Positions 56,146 to 64,000 of a stretch of DNA of 64,000 nt are shown here, in pieces. A program made the position numbers and the translations under genes. Numbering within the stretch: the first letter of the stretch is position 1; each line of letters begins with the position of its first letter. The notes beneath the pieces are model-generated. The model was not told where the DNA came from, did not search any database, and saw only the letters and a program-made list of their open reading frames with translations. Source of the DNA: Candidatus Babeliales bacterium. GTDB lineage: Bacteria; Babelota; Babeliae; Babelales; RVW-14. The DNA lies in assembly GCA_019749895.1 (NCBI GenBank), contig JAIEPG010000005.1:73371-137370 (forward strand). The letters run 5' to 3'.

Positions 56146-56208
56146 GCTTGCAACTGCAAAACCAGGGTAAAAATAGTTCATTTTAAATCAAATAGAGAAA
56201 GTTTTATT

Positions 56209-56679
56209 ATGACCATAAAAAGTATAATTTTTCTCATGATTACTCTCACACTCACAACAAAGACTATGCCAGCGGCACTACGGACTGATATTAATGCCGT
56301 TGATAGTAGCGGCTGGACACGATTACACCTTGCTGCCAGCAATGGCAATGAGAGAGAAGTAGAATTACTCATTGCAGCTGGCGCATATGTTGATGCTCAA
56401 AACTATGCCGGCTGTACACCTCTTCTTTTTGCTGCCATGCATGGCTATGACAAAATTGTAGCATTACTTCTTACCAAAGCAGATCTCAGCACGTATGTCG
56501 GCTGGACACCACTGCATACTGCTGCTCTCAATGGCCACCTTGCCTGCGTACAATTGCTTGTTGGCGCTGGCGCAGACATTCATGCTAAAGACAGACATGA
56601 TCGAACACCACTTGATTGCGCTCGTGAAAATGGTCATACCAAAATTGTAGAATTACTTGAAGCTGCAAGAGTTTCTTGA
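56209..56679 (+). CDS. Ankyrin-repeat protein with signal peptide
   Basis: MTIKSIIFLMITLTLTTKTMPAA, then WTRLHLAASNGNEREVELLIAAGAYVDAQN and similar repeats. Confidence 0.85.
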   Translation: MTIKSIIFLMITLTLTTKTMPAALRTDINAVDSSGWTRLHLAASNGNEREVELLIAAGAYVDAQNYAGCTPLLFAAMHGYDKIVALLLTKADLSTYVGWTPLHTAALNGHLACVQLLVGAGADIHAKDRHDRTPLDCARENGHTKIVELLEAARVS

Positions 56680-56703
56680 TCTATTTTTTTCACCAGCTAT
56701 GCT
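56676..56703 (+). promoter_or_regulatory. Conserved promoter cassette P2 (TTGATC-N16-TATGCT), overlapping the upstream stop codon
   Basis: See P1. The TTGATC contains the TGA stop of the gene ending at 56679. Confidence 0.55.
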
Positions 56704-56742
56704 GCTTGCAATTAAAAAACCAGCACGGATAAGAAAGTTTTT

Positions 56743-57564
56743 ATGACAAATATACCCACCACACTCACGCTTCATGAAGCTGCCAAGATTGGCGATATCA
56801 AAGCTCTCCAAGAACTTATTGCCACAGGCGCTGATGTTAACAGTCCTGATGAAGAAGACTGGACACCCCTGCATTTTGCTGCCCTGGAAGGTCATGCCGC
56901 ATGCGTAGCATTGCTCATTGCTGCCGGCGCGCAGGTGAATGCCCGCAATGAAAATAGCGAAACACCACTTAATTTTGCTTGCCAAGAAGGCCATGCAGAA
57001 ATTGTAACATTACTTATTGCTGCCAATGCGGATGTTAATATCACTGACAACACCAGCTGGATGCCACTTCATGATGCTGTTTACAATGGCTACCCTGCAT
57101 GCGTACAATTACTTATTGCTGCTGGCGCACATGTTAACACAGCAGACAACCAACAAAGCCAAACCCTACTTCATGGAGCTGCACAATTCGGCCATGCCGG
57201 AGTAGTAGAATTACTTCTTGGCGCTGGCGCAGATGTTGATGCTCGTAACGGTGACCATGCCACACCTCTTCATCTGGCCGCTGACCAAGGTCACACAACT
57301 TGCGTGGAATTACTTATTGGCGCTGGAGCAACTCTTGATGCTTGTGATAATGATGGCGCCACGCCACTTCATTTCGCAGCCACCAATGGCCACATCAGCG
57401 TTGTAACAGTACTTGTTGACGCACTCTCCAACGCAGGGAAAAGTGTTAATACACGCACTAAAACAGGCAATACACCACTTGCTTTGGCAATTCAAAACCG
57501 CAATTCAAAAACCGTAAAATTACTGCTCACATTGTCTGAAACTACATCAGAACTCATACACTGA
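56743..57564 (+). CDS. Ankyrin-repeat protein (273 aa)
   Basis: MTNIPTTLTLHEAAKIGDIKALQELIATGADVN, followed by about seven repeats. Confidence 0.85.
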   Translation: MTNIPTTLTLHEAAKIGDIKALQELIATGADVNSPDEEDWTPLHFAALEGHAACVALLIAAGAQVNARNENSETPLNFACQEGHAEIVTLLIAANADVNITDNTSWMPLHDAVYNGYPACVQLLIAAGAHVNTADNQQSQTLLHGAAQFGHAGVVELLLGAGADVDARNGDHATPLHLAADQGHTTCVELLIGAGATLDACDNDGATPLHFAATNGHISVVTVLVDALSNAGKSVNTRTKTGNTPLALAIQNRNSKTVKLLLTLSETTSELIH

Positions 57565-57583
57565 GTACTAAAAAGAGAATTTT

Positions 57584-57976
57584 ATGGCCAACATGCCCAC
57601 CACACTAATGCTGCATGAAGCTGCCAAGATTGGCGATATCAAAGCTCTCCAAGAACTCATTGCCGCAGGCGCCAATGTTAATGCTCATGACAAACGAGGC
57701 TGGACACCGTTGCACGAAGCTACTGTCTATGATTTTAAAGAATGTGTACAATTGCTTCTGGCCGCTGGTGCAAACGTTAACGCTGGTAACAATTTTGACG
57801 TCACGGCACTTCATTGGGCCGCCGTCCACGGCTACGCCGAACTGGTACAACTACTCATTGCTGCCGGAGCAAAAGTTGATGCTGTCACTAAAACAGACGA
57901 AACTCCACTGAGCTTGGCTGCTTCTCATAACTACACCGCCGTTGTAGAAATACTCAAAGCCGCTGGAGCTTCTTGA
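57584..57976 (+). CDS. Ankyrin-repeat protein (130 aa)
   Basis: MANMPTTLMLHEAAKIGDIKALQELIAAGANVN. The N-terminus is nearly identical to that of the gene at 56743. Confidence 0.85.
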   Translation: MANMPTTLMLHEAAKIGDIKALQELIAAGANVNAHDKRGWTPLHEATVYDFKECVQLLLAAGANVNAGNNFDVTALHWAAVHGYAELVQLLIAAGAKVDAVTKTDETPLSLAASHNYTAVVEILKAAGAS

Positions 57977-58000
57977 TCTATTTTTCCCACTAGTTATGCT
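57973..58000 (+). promoter_or_regulatory. Conserved promoter cassette P3 (TTGATC-N16-TATGCT), overlapping the upstream stop codon
   Basis: See P1. The context gcttcttgatctattttt is shared with P2 and P4. Confidence 0.55.
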
Positions 58001-58055
58001 ACGCAGGCAACATAAAACTAGGACATCAACAACACAAACAGGAAATTTTTTTATC

Positions 58056-58448
58056 ATGAACATAAAATTTCTCACTTCACTCATGCTTGCTTTTACGCTA
58101 ACAACAAGCGCCATGCCTGCTGCATCAAGCACAACTTTTGGCAAAAAAGAAAGAGCTCTAGGCCATGCTGCCAAAACTGGTAATAGCAAAAGGCTAAAAA
58201 GGCTTATTGCTCAGAAAGCACCTATTAATGCTTATGACAATTTGGGCAGGACAGCTCTTCATCATGCTGCCGACTGCGGTCATATCGAAATCGTAAAATT
58301 ACTTATTAAAGCCAAAGCAGATGTTGATGCTCGCGATAACTACGGCTTGGCACCAATTAATTTGGCCGCCTTTCATCGCCACAAAGCAATCGTAAAATTA
58401 CTTAAAACTGCAATGTCACAGTCTATCTCCTATAATCTCACCGACTAG
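58056..58448 (+). CDS. Ankyrin-repeat protein with signal peptide
   Basis: The ATG at 58056 gives MNIKFLTSLMLAFTLTTSAMPAA, parallel to the N-terminus of the gene at 56209. The ORF opens at 57996. Confidence 0.8.
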   Translation: MNIKFLTSLMLAFTLTTSAMPAASSTTFGKKERALGHAAKTGNSKRLKRLIAQKAPINAYDNLGRTALHHAADCGHIEIVKLLIKAKADVDARDNYGLAPINLAAFHRHKAIVKLLKTAMSQSISYNLTD

Positions 58449-58482
58449 ATTCCAAAGCCCTGACAATCACCGCCAGGGCTTC

Positions 58483-58510
58483 TTGACCAAATTTGCCCAC
58501 GAGCTATGCT
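58483..58510 (+). promoter_or_regulatory. Conserved promoter cassette P4 (TTGACC-N16-TATGCT) upstream of the nucleotidyltransferase gene
   Basis: See P1. AAAAGGAGAG and the ATG at 58550 follow. Confidence 0.55.
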
Positions 58511-58549
58511 ACGCCTGGAACATAAAACCAGAGCAAAAAAGGAGAGACT

Positions 58550-60238
58550 ATGCTCATAATAATCCCCATGTCTGGGGTTGGAAATCGGTTTATGCAAGCA
58601 GGCTATAGCGACCCAAAGCCACTCATCAACGTTGACGGCAAGCCAATTATTGAGCACGTGGTCAACCTCTTTCCCGGCGAACACAATTTTATTTTTATCT
58701 GCAACCAAGAACATTTACAAACAACAGAAATGTACAATGTACTGCGGCGCATAGCCCCTTCCGGCACTATTGTGAGTATTCCCAAGCACAAAAACGGACC
58801 AGTTTACGCCGTCTCAAAAGTTTTTAATCTGATCGACAATGATGAAGAAGTAATCGTTAATTATTGCGATTTTTCAATGTACTGGGACTATAACAACTTT
58901 TTGCACCACACGCGCACGCGCAATGCCGATGGTGCCATTCCTGCCTACAAAGGTTTTCATCCGCACATGTTGCACGATCCAAATTATGCATTTATAAAAG
59001 ACCAAAACCAGTGGCTGCTGGAAATAAAAGAAAAGGCTCCATTTACCACCAATAAAACGAATGAGTATGCGTCGACTGGCGCGTACTATTTTAAGCGCGG
59101 TTCTTTACTAAAAAAATATTTTCCAGAACTAATTGAACGTGATATTAACGTTAACGGCGAGTACTACGTAAGTTTAATTTACAACCTGCTCAAACGCGAT
59201 GGGCTCAATGTTTCGGTATACGAAGTACAGCATATGCTGCAGTGGGGAACTCCTGAAGATCTTGAAGAATATGTTGGCTGGTCAGCGTATTTCAAACGTG
59301 CTGCAGAGCAAGTAGAACAAAAAAAAATAACACACGACCTCATGCTCATACCTTTGGCGGGGCGCGGACAACGCTTTGTACAAGACGGCTACGCCGACCC
59401 CAAGCCACTTATTCCTGTCAGCGGCAAACCAATGATTGTGCAGGCGGCAGCAAGCTTGCCAGCAACAACCGAACAGATTTTTGTTTGTTTGAACGAACAT
59501 TGCCAACGCTACCCGCTCGAGCACGCCATTAAAGAAACGTATCCACATGCTGAGATAAAAAAACTGGATCACGTGACTGAAGGCCAGGCATGCACCTGCG
59601 AATTTGGTTTACAAAACATTGATCCAGAAAAATCACTGGTTATTGGCGCATGCGATAACGGCATGCTGTGGAACCAGCAGAAATATCAAGACCTGGTCGA
59701 CGACAAAAGTGTTGATGTTATTGCCTGGAGCTTTAGAAATCATCCATCAAGCAACAAAAACCCACAGATGTACGGCTGGCTGGCCGTTGACCACAATAAC
59801 GTTGTTACCAACGTTTCGGTAAAGGTCCCACTCTCAGCAAACCCATCACACGACCATGCAATTGTGGGCACGTTCACGTTCAAAAAAGCGGCCTACTTTT
59901 TGCAAGCGGCGCAAAACTTGCGCGCCAAAAATATTCGCGTGAACAATGAATTTTATGTGGACAGCTGTATTAACCAAGCTCTGGCAATGGGCCTCACGGT
60001 AAAAGTTTTTGAGGTGGATCACTATGTCTGCTGGGGCACACCCAACGACTTGCGCACCTTTGAATATTGGCAAAGTTTCTTTCACAAATGCACGTGGCAC
60101 CCGTACCGCTTAGAAAAAGACGCAACGGTAGCACCGGAAAAGATTGCAGAGCTTGATATGAAATATCGTATGTTTACACAACCAAACCGCGAACCATTGG
60201 TAACAGGCAAACAGCAGCAGGTTAGCCAAGCATTGTAA
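58550..60238 (+). CDS. Tandem double-domain sugar-nucleotidyltransferase-like (GT-A/NTP_transferase fold) protein
   Basis: There are two homologous halves. Half 1: IIIPMSGVGNRFMQAGYSDPKPLINVDGKPIIEHV ... QWGTPEDLEEY. Half 2: LMLIPLAGRGQRFVQDGYADPKPLIPVSGKPMIVQ ... CWGTPNDLRTFEYW. Confidence 0.65.
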   Translation: MLIIIPMSGVGNRFMQAGYSDPKPLINVDGKPIIEHVVNLFPGEHNFIFICNQEHLQTTEMYNVLRRIAPSGTIVSIPKHKNGPVYAVSKVFNLIDNDEEVIVNYCDFSMYWDYNNFLHHTRTRNADGAIPAYKGFHPHMLHDPNYAFIKDQNQWLLEIKEKAPFTTNKTNEYASTGAYYFKRGSLLKKYFPELIERDINVNGEYYVSLIYNLLKRDGLNVSVYEVQHMLQWGTPEDLEEYVGWSAYFKRAAEQVEQKKITHDLMLIPLAGRGQRFVQDGYADPKPLIPVSGKPMIVQAAASLPATTEQIFVCLNEHCQRYPLEHAIKETYPHAEIKKLDHVTEGQACTCEFGLQNIDPEKSLVIGACDNGMLWNQQKYQDLVDDKSVDVIAWSFRNHPSSNKNPQMYGWLAVDHNNVVTNVSVKVPLSANPSHDHAIVGTFTFKKAAYFLQAAQNLRAKNIRVNNEFYVDSCINQALAMGLTVKVFEVDHYVCWGTPNDLRTFEYWQSFFHKCTWHPYRLEKDATVAPEKIAELDMKYRMFTQPNREPLVTGKQQQVSQAL

Positions 60239-60301
60239 AGACACAAATTCGATAATTTGAAGAACACCTATCAACTTGTATAATGGTCGATTTGTTTAGT
60301 A

Positions 60302-60468
60302 CCCGTTCGTCCTGACTCTTCGGCAGGCTCAGAGCTAAAGGCCCTTCCCGCCTGCCCTGAGGAAGAACTCGCAGAGTTCTGTCTCGAAGGGTCGAAGGGT
60401 CGGGTACGAAAATGGCAACCAACAACACCCGCTTCGCCCTATCCTTCGACAAGCTCAGGACGAACGGG
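60302..60468. repeat. GC-rich palindromic repeat element, composite copy C, between convergent genes
   Basis: cccgttcgtcctga at 60302 pairs with tcaggacgaacggg at 60455-60468. Internal modules are ccctgaggaag..gtctcgaagggtcgaaggg and ccttcgacaagctcagga. Confidence 0.75.
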
Positions 60469-60516
60469 CTACGCGGGCTCATCACACCCTCGCCAAAATT
60501 ACGAGAAGAAGTTTGA

Positions 60517-62181
60517 TTAAGTTAATACCTTGAACCTAAACTGTTGATAATCCCACGTTACAAAAACAATATCGTTGGCCAGCCATTGTTGATCAAGTAC
60601 AAACGTAATAGCGCACGGCAAACCATCTGCATTCGTTTGATTTACTATGCGCCGGCCTAACGATACGTTTTCGGTTTCCATTTTTTCAAAAAATAACTGT
60701 TCTGGCTGGTGTGAAACAATATGCACGCCACCATCAACACGCTCAACACTCACATTGTACGAATCTTGATAATAACCGTGCCACGGCAAAGAACCTTCAT
60801 ACTCCCTCACCAAAAAAGTTTTGATATCATAATAAACTTTGTTCTTTTGACCACGAGACAGTAACCACACGGCCTGAGCGGTACCAGCAGCAAACCAGCG
60901 CAGCGGCAAGCCAGCAAAGATGATCGTTTTATTCTCACAACGCGTATCGTTAACCAGATTTGCAAACGCTGTTGTGGTCATGTGAAATACTGCTTCTTTT
61001 TTCTTTTGATGCACAGCAAACATTGTCCCACTGACAGCTATTGCTAAGAAAAAAGCCATGCTCATTGGCACACGCAGCCAACAGTATTTTTGCACGTAAA
61101 AATCTGTTGCATACGCAACTATAAACATCAAGAATGGCAAACCAATGTACAGATACCGAAACTGATGAAAGAGCAACACCGACGGCCAGGTAAAGAGGAG
61201 CATGCTCAAAACCAAAAAGACAAAAAATATAATTTTTTTTCGCGCAACAAACGGCCACAGCAACAAGCTTATCAACACAACAAGCAAGCCCGTTTTTAAA
61301 ACTTTGCCATGCGCAACCACAAACGAAATGCCAAAACTATCACAGGCGTATGTTACCCACACAAAAAAGCGTTCTTTTTGTCCAACCAAAAAAGCTATAA
61401 ATTTGGTGCTTAAACTTTCTGCCGGCTGGGCAGTCACCATGCTTGAAAATACCCACCAACGAAAGGCAAAGTAGGTTACCAACGCACACCAGTAGCCACA
61501 TGAAAGTAGTAAAGCATGCTTGAACTTGTCAGCGATGCTGGTTCTGTTGCGCTCACACACTTGCCACACAAAGCTCACCATAACTACCCAGAGCGGCAAG
61601 ACCACGAGCGTCTCTTTTGCAAACAGCTGCATAAAAAAAATAGAACACGAAAGCACATAGCACCACCAACTTCCCAAGCGCATAAACCGCCAGAGCAGGA
61701 GCCCGCACAGCAACAAATACAATAGATCGATCAAATAAATTTGATTAAACAAAATGCCCATATCTTTAAAAATCGTTGGATGAAAAGCAAAGAGCAGCGT
61801 TGCGCCATAAGCAGCGGAGCAGCTGACAACTGATGCAAAAACGTTAAAAATAATAACACTGTTGAGCGCATGCAACCCCACCATGAACAGTAAAAAACAA
61901 TAGGGCTGAATACCAAATATCATTTCTTCAAATGCAAAGTAAACAAACTGCATGGGCCGATACAATGCTGCCAGCCAGGAGGGGCAGCTAACAGAAAAAT
62001 TTGGTGGAAAAAAGGTTTGTGCAATATCGTGCGCCATAAAAAGATTAGTAATGTCCGTAGTTTTTGCATGATATAAAAAACCAAAGTCATCTAAAATAAA
62101 GCCCCATGAAGTAAACGGCAGCGCCAAAAAGCACATAACTAAAACAACAATACTTACCGAACACCAAAATTTTTTATTCAT
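60517..62181 (-). CDS. GT-C-fold-like polytopic membrane protein (TMTC/PMT-like), paralog
   Basis: WGFILDDFGFLYHA, LYRPMQFVYFAFE and LHALNSVIIFNVF. It has an ATGA overlap with the upstream paralog. Confidence 0.65.
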   Translation of the reverse strand: MNKKFWCSVSIVVLVMCFLALPFTSWGFILDDFGFLYHAKTTDITNLFMAHDIAQTFFPPNFSVSCPSWLAALYRPMQFVYFAFEEMIFGIQPYCFLLFMVGLHALNSVIIFNVFASVVSCSAAYGATLLFAFHPTIFKDMGILFNQIYLIDLLYLLLCGLLLWRFMRLGSWWCYVLSCSIFFMQLFAKETLVVLPLWVVMVSFVWQVCERNRTSIADKFKHALLLSCGYWCALVTYFAFRWWVFSSMVTAQPAESLSTKFIAFLVGQKERFFVWVTYACDSFGISFVVAHGKVLKTGLLVVLISLLLWPFVARKKIIFFVFLVLSMLLFTWPSVLLFHQFRYLYIGLPFLMFIVAYATDFYVQKYCWLRVPMSMAFFLAIAVSGTMFAVHQKKKEAVFHMTTTAFANLVNDTRCENKTIIFAGLPLRWFAAGTAQAVWLLSRGQKNKVYYDIKTFLVREYEGSLPWHGYYQDSYNVSVERVDGGVHIVSHQPEQLFFEKMETENVSLGRRIVNQTNADGLPCAITFVLDQQWLANDIVFVTWDYQQFRFKVLT

Positions 62182-63842
62182 GAGTTAAGCATTCTCAGTT
62201 GATTTTTTTGATAATCCCACGTTATAAACAATGGGTTTTGAGCAAGCAGCTCTTGATCAAGCGTAATTGAAACTTCGACAGGAAAGCCGTCGCTATTCAC
62301 GGCGTGCACCGTAAACGTACCAAAACAACCACACGCTCCTAATTCTTTAAAAAAATAGGGGCCATCTAAAACTTTGATACTAATCATGCCCTGTTCCAAC
62401 ACAACCTCAACATTGCCCAGCACCGGAGAAAACTCAACAAGACGATTCGCATCATACGCCATTAAAAAATCACGCGCATCGTAACACACGTCAATCGGCT
62501 GACCGGCATAAAGCTCAAGCGCCTGAGCGGTACCTGAACAAAAGCGCTGCAAAGGCAGGCCAACAAAACAAACCTTGCGATTTTTTATTGATGCGTGCGT
62601 ACTTAACACCTGCAACTGCCTAGTAATTGAAGCAAGTCCTTCACGCTTTGCTTTGTGGTAACGAGTAAACCGAACGGCACACAACACAACAACAACCGTC
62701 AAAACACAATTAATAAAAAAACGAACTCGTGGCCTGCGTTCAAAAAAATCAAGTGAATACGCAATCAAGCAGCAAAAAAACGGCAAGCCGGCATACAGAT
62801 AACAAAACTGATGAAAAACAATAAGAGACGGCCAGGTAAAAAGAAGCGTACTGAAAACCAAAAACAAACCAAACATTTTTTGTTTGCGCATCCAAAACGG
62901 GTAGAACAACAAGAAACTTATCCCTGCCAAAAGTATGCCCTTGAGGACACGATTATTGCCGGGAACCAGGGAGATTGCCGTCACATCACACAAGTACGTT
63001 ACGTACATAAAAACACGTTCTTTTACAACCACAAGCAAGCGACCAACATCAACCGATGCCGGGGAAAAAGCAGGCGCTGGCAAAACATAAAAACGTATGA
63101 GCATGTACATTATCGCGCACAAGCCATAACCCAACGCGTTTAAAAAAGCTTTTTTAAACGCTTCGTAATCCCAATACTTTTTTTTCTCATACGCAGCATA
63201 AAAATAAACAGCAACAAAAGCCCACGCAGGAAACACAATTAATGTCTCTTTTACCAGCAGTTGCACCAAAAAGAGCAGACACGAAAAAAAATAATAGATA
63301 ACACGTTGCGACCGCAAAAATTGCCACAACAGCAAACTAATCACGAGCAAGAAAAAAAGATCAATCACATAAATTTGGTTAAAAAAAATACCAAACCAGC
63401 GAGCAAGGCTGTAGTGAAAGGCAAAAAATAACGAAGCCCACCAAGCCGCCCACACAGCCAGAAACGAACATAAAATATTAAAAATGAGCACGGCATTGAG
63501 CGCATGCAGTGCAACGGTAAACTGATAATACCACAGAGGCTCTAAACCAAACGCCCATCGCTGCAAACCAAAAAAAATATACTGCATGGGCCGATACAAT
63601 GCCGACAGCGCATCACTGGGGCCAATTTCAAGATTGGGTGGGTAGTAGGTCAGCTTGATATCACGAATCAGAAAAATGCGCTTCAGATCAACAAAACTTT
63701 CAAGTTTGCTGTGCAAAATAAAGCCAAAGTCGTCAAAATAAAAACCCCAGCTTGTCTGCGACAATCCAAAGAAACCAATGATCAGCCCAAACAAGATGCC
63801 GGAAAAGATAAAACGTTTGAAGGCACCAACTTGATAATTCAC
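62178..63842 (-). CDS. GT-C-fold-like polytopic membrane protein (TMTC/PMT-like), paralog
   Basis: WGFYFDDFGFILHS, LYRPMQYIFFGLQ and LHALNAVLIFNIL. Its length (554 aa) equals that of its neighbour. Confidence 0.65.
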   Translation of the reverse strand: MNYQVGAFKRFIFSGILFGLIIGFFGLSQTSWGFYFDDFGFILHSKLESFVDLKRIFLIRDIKLTYYPPNLEIGPSDALSALYRPMQYIFFGLQRWAFGLEPLWYYQFTVALHALNAVLIFNILCSFLAVWAAWWASLFFAFHYSLARWFGIFFNQIYVIDLFFLLVISLLLWQFLRSQRVIYYFFSCLLFLVQLLVKETLIVFPAWAFVAVYFYAAYEKKKYWDYEAFKKAFLNALGYGLCAIMYMLIRFYVLPAPAFSPASVDVGRLLVVVKERVFMYVTYLCDVTAISLVPGNNRVLKGILLAGISFLLFYPFWMRKQKMFGLFLVFSTLLFTWPSLIVFHQFCYLYAGLPFFCCLIAYSLDFFERRPRVRFFINCVLTVVVVLCAVRFTRYHKAKREGLASITRQLQVLSTHASIKNRKVCFVGLPLQRFCSGTAQALELYAGQPIDVCYDARDFLMAYDANRLVEFSPVLGNVEVVLEQGMISIKVLDGPYFFKELGACGCFGTFTVHAVNSDGFPVEVSITLDQELLAQNPLFITWDYQKNQLRMLNS

Positions 63843-63881
63843 ATTGCCCTTTGAATTTGAATGTTTTGCTTTTCTCTTACT

Positions 63882-63993
63882 CCGTTCTCCCTGAGGAGCC
63901 CGTAGGGCGTCTCGAAGGGCTAGAGATTTATTTTGTTTTTCATGCCCGACCCTTCGAGACGCCCGTCTTTGCCGGGCTCCTCAGGGAGAACGG
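63882..63993. repeat. GC-rich palindromic repeat element, copy D, 40 nt upstream of a GT-C gene start
   Basis: ccgttctccctgaggagcccgtagggcgtctcgaaggg (63882-63919) has the inverted copy cccttcgagacgcccgtctttgccgggctcctcagggagaacgg at 63950-63993, with an AT-rich loop of about 30 nt between them. Confidence 0.8.
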
Positions 63994-64000
63994 GTATTTT

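Noticed and set aside
60222-60485. An 87-aa minus-strand ORF (…SPFVLSLSKDRAKRV…LRDRTLRVLPQGRREGP…).
   Set aside because: It lies entirely within the GC-rich palindromic repeat copy C. The peptide is the typical translation artefact of such repeats, with no RBS and no independent coding signal.

Overview
This 64-kb window is moderately AT-rich bacterial DNA with tightly packed genes. Many neighbouring genes have ATGA start/stop overlaps. I found no rRNA, tRNA, CRISPR array, transposase or integrase.

The content fits an obligate host-associated or intracellular lineage, Dependentiae/TM6-like or similar. That placement is an inference from content only.
- The end of an F-type ATP synthase operon (atpD, plus a truncated atpC) is followed by three tandem ATP/ADP-translocase (NTT/Tlc) paralogs.
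- There are eight ankyrin-repeat proteins. One carries a eukaryote-type RING-H2 finger.
- There is one LRR protein.
- Housekeeping genes uvrD/pcrA, hisS, murE and galE are scattered between accessory blocks.

Three things stand out.
1. Five head-to-tail paralogous genes sit at 38953-49505 on the minus strand. Each encodes a secreted modular protein: a conserved N-module of about 295 aa that looks like a beta-solenoid, a variable seven-bladed PD40/WD40-like propeller, and a conserved C-module of about 48 aa. A GT-C membrane glycosyltransferase-like gene lies directly upstream. The array sits within an unusually dense set of eight GT-C-like genes and sugar-nucleotide genes.
2. A family of GC-rich modular palindromic repeats has four copies in the window. 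Two of them are inserted in frame in coding genes (uvrD and a GT-C gene), reminiscent of Rickettsia palindromic elements.
3. A polytopic membrane domain is fused to a PRK/uridine-kinase-type P-loop kinase and paired with a class II aldolase-like gene. This pair is transcribed divergently from the array operon.

Functional calls rest on motifs I recognise by eye. No database search was possible.
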